A stretch of DNA of 64,000 nucleotides from the human T2T-CHM13v2.0 reference genome, Homo sapiens: NCBI RefSeq assembly GCF_009914755.1, contig NC_060928.1. One strand, written 5' to 3'. Of the stretch, positions 1-11,960 are shown piece by piece. The notes below the pieces were generated by a model that was not told where the DNA came from, searched no databases, and was given only the letters and a program-made list of their open reading frames with translations. A program made the position numbers and the translations under genes. Numbering within the stretch: the first letter of the stretch is position 1; every line of letters begins with the position of its first letter.

Positions 1-146
1 ACCTACATTATGTCCTCTTTTTCCATGCCTATCATTGTATATATTTGCTTTGTCTCTTTTTTCCTGAAGAATAACGCTTTGCTTGTTTTATGTCTTTCCA
101 AATCACCATCTTCTAAGTCATATTTTGTATTTCTATTAGTTGTTCA

Positions 147-310
147 TTTTTTTTAAAGATGGGATCTCACTATGTAGCCCAGGCAAGAGTGCAGTGGCTA
201 TTCACAGGTGTGATCATAGTGCACTCCACCCCAAACTCCTGACCTCAAACAATCCTCCTGCATTAGCCTCCTGAGTAGCTGGGACTCCAGGTGCATACCA
301 CGATGCCCAA
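147..310 (-). mobile_element. FAM (fossil Alu monomer, 7SL-derived)
   Basis: Single monomer with poly-T at 147 and 'gagtgcagtggctattcacaggtgtgatcatagtgcac', the reverse complement of the FAM/7SL segment GCGCTATGATCGCGCCTGTGAATAGCCACTGCACTC that dimeric Alus lack. Confidence 0.85.
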
Positions 311-580
311 ATCATTATTTTTTATTTCCTTAAATATGTTCATTTATATTTGTATATTTGCACTTTCATCTGTATTTATTCTTTTCTCCTGAAGTTTGGT
401 ATTTAGGTCATATTTTCCAGATTCTTTCATTTTATTATAAATATGAACATAAGATCTCATGTATATTCTGCATTAGTTATACATATTAATTTAGTTATTT
501 ATAATTTAGTTATTTATAGTTTATAATTTAGTTATTTATAATTTTCATCATTTTCTACTTATTTTATAATTTTTTCAAAT

Positions 581-830
581 TATTTTATAATTTTTATTTA
601 AAATTTGTCTATCTCAAATGGCATTATCAAAGTAATTATTAATATAGGGTTTTCTATTATCTTGCTTTATTATTTATTTATTTATTATTTATTTATTTAT
701 TATTTGTTTATTACTTATTTTATAATTATTTATTTTATAATTTTTACTTAAAATTTGTCTATCTCAAATGGCATTATCAAAGTAATTATTAATATAGGGT
801 TTTTTATTATCTTGCTTTATTATTTATTTA
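581..830 (+). repeat. Local duplication: two 100-bp copies (581-680, 731-830), period 150 bp
   Basis: 'tattttataattttta(t/c)ttaaaatttgtctatctcaaatggcattatcaaagtaattattaatatagggtttt(c/t)tattatcttgctttattatttattta' occurs twice with 2 differences, separated by (TTTA)n-like sequence. Confidence 0.95.
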
Positions 831-2610
831 ATTGTATCTGTGATCCTAGACAGTTGTGATTTATTGTATCAATTTTTTGAAATTTAATACTTAATTTTTT
901 ATCCTTTTTGTACCTTAATCAATATATATTCCTGTTAGTTTTCATATGATAAACTTGTTCATTAAATGAACCTTGTTAAAATCATATACAGCCTAATTAT
1001 TTTTGTCTTCTTTAATTACTGATGTGTCTATTTTTTCTTTTAATATGTCAGTGTTTGCGGTCTAGATATGTAGATGAGAGGCATATATGGATGAATGTAT
1101 ACATAGATAAGTAGGTATATAGATCTTTGCTCATTTTACTTTCACCTTTCTGTTGGCTGTTTTAGATGTTTCTTTTGAACAGCATATATGTAGATAGTTC
1201 TGGAAGAGTCCATTTTTGATAAACTTTATGTTTCTTAACTCAATTATTTTGTCTAATTATATTTATTGTAATTATTAATCTATATACAGTTATTTTTAAT
1301 TGTATGGGTTGTCCTTAAAATTTTCTCAAATATGACAGAACTTTCACAACTTGGGAATAATCTTGTAAACAGTGAATAGTTATTTTGCTCCAAAAAAGAG
1401 CAAAAATTTGGGTTTATATAAGAAGTATTGGGAAATATCCTGTACCATTCTCACCTGTTTGATTACACTTGTAAAAGCTTAGAGGTTAAAACTAGTTAAA
1501 AGCAAGTCATTGAGTCTTTGATTCAACAACAATAAAACATTCTCAACTTTTCTACATTTTTGACGTTTTCTGCCTTTGTGATTATTTGTTCTCATGCAAT
1601 TTTCTCCTCAATTTAGTCAAAATTAACTGTTATATTTCTTTTTAGTTTTTTCTTAAAAGTTTTAATTCTCACTTATTTAAGTCAGTTGATATTATTACCT
1701 TTATCACAAATAGTATTTAGAATACCTTATATTTTATCATACTTTTCTCAAATTTTTCCAAATCATCACCCATTATTGCAATTTAATATTTTCAATTCCT
1801 ACAAGGAATATTAATATTGGCTTATTCAAGCAATGTTTATTTTCATTACTGACATGCACATTATATTCTTTGCTTTTTGTTCTTCATTGTATAATCATGA
1901 ATATACTTCTAAATTCTTTTCATTCTGATATAATTATATCCTAAGAAATTTCAGAAGATGTGAGTCCATTTCTGGCAGTCGCATATGCTGTTTTCTTAAC
2001 ATCTGTTTTTTCACTTCATAAATTTTATTTTCAGTGGAATTTACAATTTTTTTCTCTTAGTAGTTTGTGATATTATTTCAAAATTTTCAGGTTTCAATTG
2101 TTACCAGTAGAAATCAACTATAAGTCTAATTGCAAATGTGTTGAGGGCAATGTTTCTTATTCTCTGCCATTTTTAAGAGATTCTATTTGGCTCTCGTGTC
2201 CTACAGCTTTACTGCAATGTGCTAGGAGCAGGCGTCTTTTATTTATCTCATTTGGGAGTCCTTGAGCTTCTGTGAACTGTTTTCTTTTACCAATTTTGAA
2301 ATTTTGTGGTAATTATCTATTCATATATGTCTGTGTTCATTCTATCTACTTATTCCCAAAATTCTGATTAAAGATATTTTACATTTTTCTTTGCATAAAC
2401 TTGTAGCTTAATCATACTTTGGTATATTTTACTGCATTTCTTCTTAAATCACATTCTCAATAATTACTTATGTTTCATATTCAGGAGTAACTTTCCTGTT
2501 GTGTCTTATCTCCACTAACACATCCACTGAATTTTAAATTGATGTTACTTAGTGCTGATTTATATATGTTCAATTAGGTTATTTTCCTTTTTGAATTTAC
2601 TATGTTAATG
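830..2610 (-). mobile_element. Highly decayed ancient L1 (L1M/HAL1-like)
   Basis: T-rich, L1-like phrases such as 'ttgggagtccttgagcttctgtg...ccaattttgaaattttgtggtaattatc'; boundaries approximate. Confidence 0.45.
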
Positions 2611-2614
2611 CCAG

Positions 2615-3675
2615 TTTTTTTATAATTTAATTTTTTATTGATACATAAAAGATGTGCTTATTTTCAAGGTACATGTGATAATTTAATGCATTCATACAAT
2701 GTGTAAAGATCAAATCAGTGTAATAGGAATATCCATCACCTTAAATGTATCTTTTTTATGCTAGAATCATCCAAATTATTCTTTTCTTGCTATTTTGAAG
2801 CATACAAAAGATTATAGTTCATTATAATCACATTACTGATCTATCAAATGGTAAATCTTTCTTTTAACAAACTATACATTTGTACACATTAAACAACTTC
2901 TCTTCATTCCTCCCTCCTTGCTACTCTTTCCAGCCTTTAGTAACCACCAATCTATCCTCATCTTCATGAGATCCAATTTTTTAGCTCTCACATGTGAAAA
3001 CAGGCAATATTTGTCTTTCTGTGCTTGGCTTATTTCAATTAACATAATGACCTTCACTTCCATTCATGTTACTGCAAATGACAGGATTTTATTTTTTATG
3101 GCTGAATAATATTCCATTATGTCTATATACACCACATTTTTTTTCCTATTCATCTGTTGACAGGCACTTAGATAGATTCCATATTTTGGCTATTGTTAAT
3201 AGTGCTGAAATAAACATGTGAGTACACATCTCTTTTATACACTGATTTCCTTTCTTTTGGATATGCACCCAGTAGTGGAATTGCTGGATGGCATCTTAGT
3301 TCTATTTTTACTTATTTGAGAAACCTCCATACAGTTTTCCAGCTGTATTAATTTACTTTCCCATCAGTACAGTAAAAGAGTTTTTCTTTCTCTATATCCT
3401 CACAAGCATCTGTTTTCCCTGTCTTTTTTATAAAAGACATTTTGACTGAGATGAGATGATACCTCATACCTCATAGTGGTTTTGATTTGCACTTCTCTGA
3501 TGATTAGTGATGTTTAACATTTTTTCATGTACTTGTTAGTCATTCATATGTCATTGTTTAATAAATGTCTATTCATGTCTTTTGCCTATTTTAAGTTGGA
3601 TTCTTTTGTTTCTTTGCTATTGAGTTGTTTGAACTCTTCATATGTTCTGATTCCAATCTCTGGTCAAATGGATAG
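2615..3675 (-). mobile_element. L1MA-type 3' end (end of ORF2 plus 3' UTR)
   Basis: ORF 2872-3063(-) 'IMLIEISQAQKDKYCLFSH' matches the L1 ORF2 C-terminus; 'cccagtagtggaattgctggat'; T-rich tail at about 2615-2640. Confidence 0.85.
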
Positions 3676-4423
3676 TCAACTTAGCCACCTTTACTGGATT
3701 CTTGCTTTTACCTCATTGATCTTTCATTTCTCATTATCATTAAATGTACTTAATTTTATAAACTTATATCTTCAGAGCTTTATTATTTCTTCTTTTTGTT
3801 TATGCTAGCTCACATTAATGGTGTTGAGGGTTAATTGTTTCACTATGGACTCATTTTTTAAAAATATTTTTGTGATAATTCTTGAGGTTGGGTTTCGTGG
3901 TAATAAAAAAATAAAGTTCAATGTACTTAGCAGATGTCCAACAGTGAAAGTTGGCTTTATTGTCCCTGTTTCTTTCAACTGGTAGTTGATTTTAAGCTTT
4001 CACTTCCAATCAGTATTTGAGTTTCTCAAAAGCTCAGATCATACATATTTTTAAAAATATATGTGCTAATATATCAGAAATAGCTGGTTGTAGTCGGTGG
4101 AATGTTTGGTCAGATTGCCAGGATGTCATACTATCAGATGAAAATTTTCACACTCCATTTTTTTAAACATAGTTACAACCATTTTTAAATTAATACTCTA
4201 ATAGAAGAAAAGGTTACATTTTTGTTCCTTTCCAGTGATCATAAAATGAATATTTCCTTTTTATACTTTCAGTTATATTTTATATAATTATTTTACATAT
4301 TTTATATTTTATAAATATATATATTTCTTAATTATATGAATATGTGCTTTACAGCATATTTTACCTTAGTAGTGCTTTAGTTTTTATTTGAAAAATCTTC
4401 ACTGTAATATATACACATATTTT

Positions 4424-4425
<2 letters not shown>

Positions 4426-4454
<29 letters not shown>
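4426..4454 (+). repeat. (CA)n microsatellite
   Basis: Uninterrupted CA run. Confidence 0.97.
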
Positions 4455-4457
<3 letters not shown>

Positions 4458-7361
4458 GTATATCTTAAATGTTCAAACTGGAAGCTCGTTTGAATTACAG
4501 TGTATCATTTACTTCTGTCAATATTACATCTGATCCAGACAGTAGAGTTACTGGACATGCCGAGTGTCCAGCTAAGTGTGAACCATTTGAAATTCATTCA
4601 GTAGAAGATGGAAGAGATAACTGTTGAGCAGAAAAAAAGTTTTGATAATTTATAAAGAATTTTATTTAGATGGCCATGAAAAACACAAGTTATGCTGTAC
4701 TGTGATTAACCTGACACTTTTGGCATTAGATTAAAAAGAATTTTCCACTCAAAAGATCAATGATATGCTTCTCCTTTTTCCTTTATTAAGAAAAAAAATC
4801 CCTAAGTTTTTTGGCTTAGAGTTTGTAGATTAATTACATGCATGATGCTTTGGCTTCATTTCTGTGAATTTTAATGGACCTATTACATATTTTCTACAAA
4901 ATATAAATACAGTAGATAAGAAAACACTAGACACAAGAGAAAATTGCTTTCATGGTTCAGATCCATTTTTTTGTATAGGCATAAATCACACTTTGAGGAA
5001 ATGAAAGCACTATACTATTCTTGTATTTTGTTTAAAATATACAATTTTAAATTTATTTTCATAATTATGCTGACCTATTACTGTAACAATTTTTACAAAG
5101 TTTCCTCAATTATTAAGAAGACAAACATACCTTGGGCATACTCACAGAATTGTTCAACGTCATATTTGTATATATGCAGGAAATGACTTGAAGACCTAAA
5201 AAAAGCCTTTATATTTTTTACATTTTAAAGCATTTAAGTGTTTGGAGTGTAGGCCTCCACATATAAAAATAATTAGAAATATCAACTAAAACAAAATCTA
5301 GACATATTAATATTTTGTTTAAAAGTTTGCATTTCTGCATTTACATAAATTTAATTTCAATAAACTTCAGCTTGTTTGTGTTTGGGGATTATTTAATGTG
5401 AGAAACTTTTCCAAGTATAAATTTTAAAGAATCATAACATCAAAACAAAAGAAAAGCCAAAAAAAAACAAAGAAGAATATTTAATCCAAGAAAATACTTT
5501 AAAAATCTAGTGCAATATACTAATTTAACATAATGGAAAAGAAGATGATGTTGATAGGTCAAATGGAGCATCTAACCTAGCAGGTCAGTGGGAGAGATGG
5601 TACTAGATTCCTTTTGAATTACTGATGGAAGGGCGCAGCTTTAAATATTAGCTTTACCCTCAGTAGATGCTAGAAGATTCAGTACATTTGTAAAGTTGTT
5701 AAAAGTTTTCCTTCAAGACAAATAAATTAGGAAATTGTCACTTCTAGGCAAACTAGAAGTAGGTTCTTTGTCAGTTAAGGTCTATGTAAAAAAATCAACA
5801 TAATCCAAATTAGAGTAATTAAAGAAAATCATAATACAAAAGTTACACATCACAAGGATCTTTGGTATAACCTGGCTTTGACTTCTTAAAAAATTAATTG
5901 ATACTGTACATATTTAAGGTTTATTTTGTCTTCTATGAAAAGGGAAAGGTAAGGAAGCAGTGGTGGAAAGCTGTATGATAGAGTACTGTAGTGCTTGACA
6001 GGTAGAAAACAGCCAGTCTGTAGGGGAAGACTGGGAAATAAATATCCTAAAAATATTTTTCTTCCTGCTTTTAATCCCTTCTTTTTTGCTTCTTGTTGAC
6101 CAAACACAATTAGCTGCCAAAAGCAAAATCCTCAGTCAGAAAACAGGGTAGGAAAAGATGGCAAGTAAATACGGAGGAGCAGAGATTTCTAGTACAGGTT
6201 CTTTTCCTCCTGGCTGTTAGTGCTCAACCAAGTTAGAGAATTTGGCAAGCAACGCATGGGTGACTTTCAGCCTGACTTCTACTTCCTTGGTGGGCATTCT
6301 TATACATGGTACACTTATCTGTTTCATCACTTACTAACATTGTAAAATTGAGCAAATTACTCCTACATCCAAAATAAACGTAAAGATATTTTTCCTCATG
6401 GGTGTGTTGTGAAGACAATGTAATTAACTATTTGAAAGGAAATTACAAATCTACAGAAATATGAAAATACATTACAATTTTTATTATTGAAAAAAGCAAG
6501 CCATTTTTCAGATAGTTGTTATATAAAAAGCTCAGAGATTGATTAATCACTCTCTAATATGAATTTTCCATAAGAGTTTTATTGCTAATTTTTAGTCAGA
6601 TATTCTCACGACCTATCTCCCCTATCATGTTGACACTCAGCTGTCTAAAGTTACTCCAGTTGTTTCTCTGTCCTGAAATCTTTTAACCATTCTTTCACCT
6701 ATGTTCCTAGTACTTGCAAAAAACTAGGCCTATCTCTTATTTTTCTTGTCTAGTCTCTTCATGTCTTTATTATTATACTTTGAGTTTGTATCACATGATT
6801 AATATATTAATATTGGCCATGTAATATTCTATATTAATAGATTTCTGCATATTTGAAATTTTTTCTAATTGCCATTAGTAATGACAGAAGATGAATTGCC
6901 ACAGAGAGTGAACTCAAGGTTTTATGAATTAAATAATTGTGTATCTTTACAATACAAAATTTAGACACAAGTAACCTCCACAACCTTAGCATGGAACATT
7001 TTACTAAAGCTTGTTCATGTGTACCTGAATATTTATTTCAAAAGGCAAATTTATAGAAAATTATTACTAAGCCACCAAATAACTTTTGACTATTAGCTCT
7101 TATTTTTTCAGTGTAATTTAATGAATGGATTTAAACCCAGAGTAAATGATCATGGCTGACACTTGCAAATGAGTTAAAATATCTGGTCATGTTATCAGTA
7201 ACTGTTGTGGAGTAATTTGAAACGACTTGATAGATAGTTATATTTACTTTCACTGTCAATTCCATAAACCAAGTTTTCTTTTGGTAGACTAGACTAGAAT
7301 ATCTATTTAAATGGCCATTTTTTTTCATTAAGCAGTTTGGTTACTTTTATAATTTACCCTA

Positions 7362-7762
7362 AGTCTTAGTCCATTGGTCTGCTGTAACAAAAATACTGTA
7401 AATGCAGTAATTTAAACAATAAGAAAACATTTATTTTTCACAATTTTGGAGGCTGGGAAATTCAAGACCAAGGCATTGGCAGACCTGGTGTCAGATGAGG
7501 GCGTATTACTCTGCATTCTCACATGATGGGAGGAGCCAAAGAGCCCCTTTTTGCTTCTTTCATAAAGGCACTAACCCATTCATAGGGACTCCACCTTCAT
7601 GATCTATTAGCTCTTATCTTTCCAGTAAAATTTAATGGATGGATATAATCTCTGAGTAAATGCCCACAATCTAATAATCTCCCAAAGGCTCCAACTCAAC
7701 AGTATCACATTGAGGAGTAGGTTTATAAATTTTGGTAGACACAAACATTCAGACCATAGCAG
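7362..7762 (-). mobile_element. MaLR solo LTR (MLT1A/MSTD-like)
   Basis: 'gtcttagtccattggtctgctgtaacaaaaatac...ggaggctgggaaattcaagaccaagg...aaacattcagaccatagca' are typical MLT1A/MST LTR ends and body. Confidence 0.8.
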
Positions 7763-8540
7763 CCTGTATATGTATATAACAGCATAAAGATAATTTGACT
7801 TCTAAATTTTCCATTTTAATATACTGATTTTTTTTAAAAAGGTAGTAAGAATAAAGTAACATCCATAAACTGATACTAACTTATTTGTTCAGTTTCAGAC
7901 AGCTTATCTGTAATATAATGATGTTTTCTTAATCATTCAGATATTTCTTGAGTTAAGAAAATCTTTTAAATACAACAAACAACTTCATTTTTCTGTGAAT
8001 AAAGCTTTATAATAAACTCTGACATCTACAAAAGATATGTTGACACACATCACCACATATACAAATACTATAAACCTGTTTGAGTATTATTTTATAGAAA
8101 AGACACTAAAGACTGTAAGTGGTTTGTCCATTCATACACTGAATAAGCGGCAGATTCAAGTTCACTAGGTTTCTGCCAATAAAACTAGTGACTAATCATT
8201 GTTTAAAATTTTTTCTCAACTTAGAAATACAATCCATTACCATTAGCTGTTTTAATCGTTTGCTTTCAGAAACTAAGATAATTATTTTGCAAAAACCACA
8301 ACAAAGTTAACACTTAATTCTACTGTGAAAATGAGATAAAATTAATAATTTCATTGTCTCCCTACAAAATCAAAATATGCGCACAATTTTAAATGTAGAT
8401 TTTAATTCTAATATTTGACTCATTTATATGTGCAATGCAAGATTTCTCTAACATAATAGGAACAGAAGGCAAATAACAATGGTAAATTCTACTTTCCCCA
8501 TAAAGCCTTCTGTTACATCTTTAGATCTCGTCTAGTGCCA

Positions 8541-8836
8541 TGTTGAGACAGCCAGGTGGAAGGTGGTCCCTGGAAAAATTCCAACTGGCCTACTCCCTGG
8601 GATGGGACCTTGGGATATTCGAGCTATTTGCTCAAACCTGAGATTCATGCAGCTGGTGGAGAGTGTTCTAGCAGGGACTCTGGCCTAGGGAGAGTTCCTG
8701 TTTCCCCCTTTTCTTCCTTTTTCACCCAGTAAAACCCTGTCTTATTCACCATTCAAATTGTCTATGAGCCTGGATTTTCATGGCCATGGGACAAAGAACT
8801 CCATCTTTAGCTGAACTGAGGAAAAATCCTGCAACA
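8541..8836 (+). mobile_element. ERV1 5' LTR, MER61-like
   Basis: TG...CA ends; starts 'tgagacagccaggtggaaggtggtccctggaaaaattccaac', ends 'tagctgaactgaggaaaaatcctgcaaca'; directly followed by a PBS. Family name recalled from consensus. Confidence 0.7.
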
Positions 8837-11696
8837 TTTCTAGTGCCCAACGTGGGGGCTTGAGAAGCGGTGAGCGAAATGGGGACTCAAAACCTCTCAC
8901 TGTTGCTTCTAAGCCTTTTCATCCTTGGACTTCTGAGGGTGCAAAAAGCCACGCCCCCACATCCCGTGGCTCCCGGACCTTTTCATGGCCTTTTCTTTCC
9001 TTTTTTGGTATAAGCAGGGGGAAGCTTCCCCTTTCCTCCCCTTTCCCTGCTGGGGCTAGGACGCATGGCCTAAGGGTTCTGCATAGCCGGCTGACTCGTT
9101 CCCACCCATGGGTCACTGCACCCATTACCTTCCCCGCCAAGGGATTCAACTCCATCTGACAGTGATTAGCTTTCCACCTGGTGGAGGAACCACTTCCCTA
9201 AGAATAAGAGGTTATTCCCCAGGCATTTTTAAACTGTTTCTTTTCCTCCCCTTTTTCTACCTTGTCAGCAAGTTAACTTTAAAAGTTTTTGTTTGTTTGT
9301 TTGTTTGCTTTTTCTTTTGGAAGGTGTGCTACTGGGCCAGCTCCCCCAACTATCACTGTTGGTATTCTCTGCAAAGTTTTGGTTGTGAAATCGAGCATCC
9401 ATTTTGTTTTACATCCTGAGGGCATGGCTTGTAACTCCAGTGGCAATGCTTTGTTTAGCAATCCTGCCTTAGAGGATGAGCCCTCTCTGGTGTGACATTT
9501 GCATGTTTTCCTACCCTTGTCTCTTAAAGTACCCACCCAGTGAATGGGTTTTCTTCTGCCTGTCTCTGTGTGCACTGTATGTGATGTCTGCAAAAAGAGC
9601 TCTAATTAATTTGGCCTAAAGAAAGACACGCACTTGAAGCTAATATTTTTTAAAGGGAAGATAAAAGCTGTGGTACTTTCCGTTCTTGGTGTACTTTGTG
9701 CAAATAATCAGGCCAAGTATAAAGTCAGTTCATGTTGACTTTAATCTTTGAGAAATAAAAACATCTCTAAAGACTACTGGTAAAATGCAGGTCAGATGCA
9801 AGATTTGCTAATTGTTTTAAGGTTACAAACTGTTTTTTGAGTTTTGAGAACTGTCTGTCTTTCCTGCTTAACAATTGGTAAGGCCTGGGGATATATGGAA
9901 CTAACCACGCCCTTAATTATGCTGGAGTCAAACCTTGATTGAACTTAGCACATAATTGAAGTAACCTACCAGGTTTTACCTTAGTTAAAAATTACTAGGA
10001 GTTACCATTATAACATGTAGCTGAGACTACTAAAAACAGATTTACATGCAAGGTGTGTAAAAACAGTAAAATGTGTTGTTTAGCAAAAGGTTATAAGAAG
10101 GAATGGAAATACAAATTTTTGTCTAGGGTTAAAGGATCGTTTTGAGTTAGGAAAAGCTGAAGGTTCAAACAAGTGGTGGAAGAACTGTGGAAATTAATCT
10201 TGTAGAAGAGGTTGTCTGTGTGAACATATTACTAAATTCAAAAAGGTTATAAAATATTTTTGCTTCTTTAAAGTTTCTGAGTCATCATTTTGAGAAAATA
10301 AATAGTTAATGGTAATCTGGAATTCTATTTCATAACATTAAGTGTTTGAAACCTTGAAAATTTAACAGCCCTTCCCAAATCAAACTTCAGTTTCAAATTT
10401 TGTCTTTCCTGACACCTGGCTTTTCAGATGTTTCAGAGGGACCCTGAGACATCCAGAAAAGAGAGGAAAACAGGATTATTTGACCTGTTTAGGTACATGG
10501 GATTGCCAAAATGATGTCCAATCTTCTTTAAGTTATATCTTGGTAAATAATGCTAATATATCTTTCAAAATTGTATGGGATTTCTATGATTCTAATGTCT
10601 AAGTATATGCTATCAATCATAATTAAGGTTGTTAAGTTAAGCTATTGTAAACCACAGAGATAACCAAACATCTTTGCCAATCGTGTTTCTAACTGTAACT
10701 ACCCTGGACGTTTTGCTATTCACAGACAATTGTTGTCTCATTTTAATCCTTCCAAAAGATGGTTAATAATAAGCTATAGAACTGACAGGTGCTCCCAAAT
10801 ACAGGCTTTTGATAATTTTGGAGATTGTAACATTGGAATAAAGGAAAATGTACATAACTCATGAAGATCTGAAATGCTCATGAATATCAAGCAAAACAAG
10901 AATTAACTAAACGGACCGAACTCAGAAGCTGAAGCAAATTTTTTTACTTTTCCATGGAATATTGTTGATTTTTGTTTTATCTTTCAGAGTTAAGGAAACT
11001 TATTTTGGACTATTTACAGCCTTTAATAATTGAGTAAGGCATACTCCTGCGATCAATATTTGTGGCATCCTTGTTTCTCCCTGTCTGGTTCCTCTAAAAT
11101 TTGGAAACGATCTGTGAGTAAGTGTTCTTACGGCAATAAGTTGTTTGTATCAATGCAATAAGAATCCATTTTTCTTTTGCAACAGCACACAATTGGAGAA
11201 AGTGGTTATTTTACCAAGGCTTTGGCTGAAAGGGTATGCTTCCCTTTAAGGAGCCAATCTAAAATTGCAGAGCCGATAAATGCCCAGTGGGGCAACTGGC
11301 CTCATACCCTTGCCTATGCATTCCCTGTACAGGGTCCCTGACCCGTGGTCAGTAAACAATTGCACTTTCTAACAGGTCCAGGAGCTCCAGGTTTACCTTG
11401 GGACCTTAGGAGAGAATCACCCAACTCACAGATATTTGAGGATGCAAACCCGTGGCTCGGCTCAGCTTTAAAAGGTCTTATCTCAGATTCTTTGTGGAAC
11501 AAACTTTCATCAAAGCCAATCTAAAAGGCCTATGTAAAAATAATTATTATTGCTCTTCTTTATGGCCAAGTAGAAGGCTAAAGTCTATTTTGCAAACAAC
11601 TCCATCCTATGTTTTTGTTTTTTTTTATTTAAGAAAAATGAGGACTAGAAAGAGACATTATATTCCAAAATGTATCATACATTTCTCATTGAATCC
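8837..11696 (+). mobile_element. Non-autonomous ERV1 internal region (MER4-group, MER61-int/HUERS-P3-like), 3'-truncated
   Basis: MER4-group internal phrases ('aaagagctctaattaatttggcctaaag', 'gactttaatctttgagaaataaaaac', 'gcaatcaagaatccattttt'-like, 'gagaatcacccaactcacag'); no 3' LTR follows. Confidence 0.7.
8841..8858 (+). promoter_or_regulatory. Primer binding site, tRNA-Lys(CUU)-like
   Basis: 'tagtgcccaacgtggggg' vs TGGCGCCCAACGTGGGGC (15/18), 4 nt downstream of the LTR end. Confidence 0.75.
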
Positions 11697-11829
11697 TTTT
11701 TTTTTTTTTTTTTTTTTTTTTGAGATGGAGTCTCACTCTGCACCCAGGCTGGAGTGCAGTGGCACAATCTCGGCTCATTGCAACCTCTGCCTCACAGGTT
11801 CAAGCTATTCTCCTGCCTCAGCCTCCCAC
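11697..11829 (-). mobile_element. Partial Alu (AluS-like right arm only)
   Basis: Poly-T then 'gagatggagtctcactctgcacccaggctggagtgcagtggcacaatctcggctcattgcaacctc...gcctcagcctccca'; ends abruptly. Confidence 0.92.
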
Positions 11830-11859
11830 AGTTGGTAGTTTTTGTTATCTGCCTATGGG

Positions 11860-11960
11860 CAGTAGATTTTGTGAGCCTCAGTTTCTCTCCTCTACAAAAT
11901 AGGGTCAATAATATCTACAATTGCCATTTTAAAATACTGAGATATTCAGATGAAAAAATA
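11860..11960 (+). mobile_element. MIR remnant
   Basis: 'gtgagcctcagtttctctcctctacaaaatagggtcaataatatctac' resembles the MIR core. Confidence 0.55.

Noticed and set aside
4500-4626. About 42 open codons with a small hairpin (ctggaca...tgtccag)
   Set aside because: No recognisable product or convincing splice sites; a 7-bp stem is expected by chance.
8541-8836. Possible p53 response element, known from some MER61 subfamilies
   Set aside because: No paired RRRCWWGYYY site is visible in this copy.
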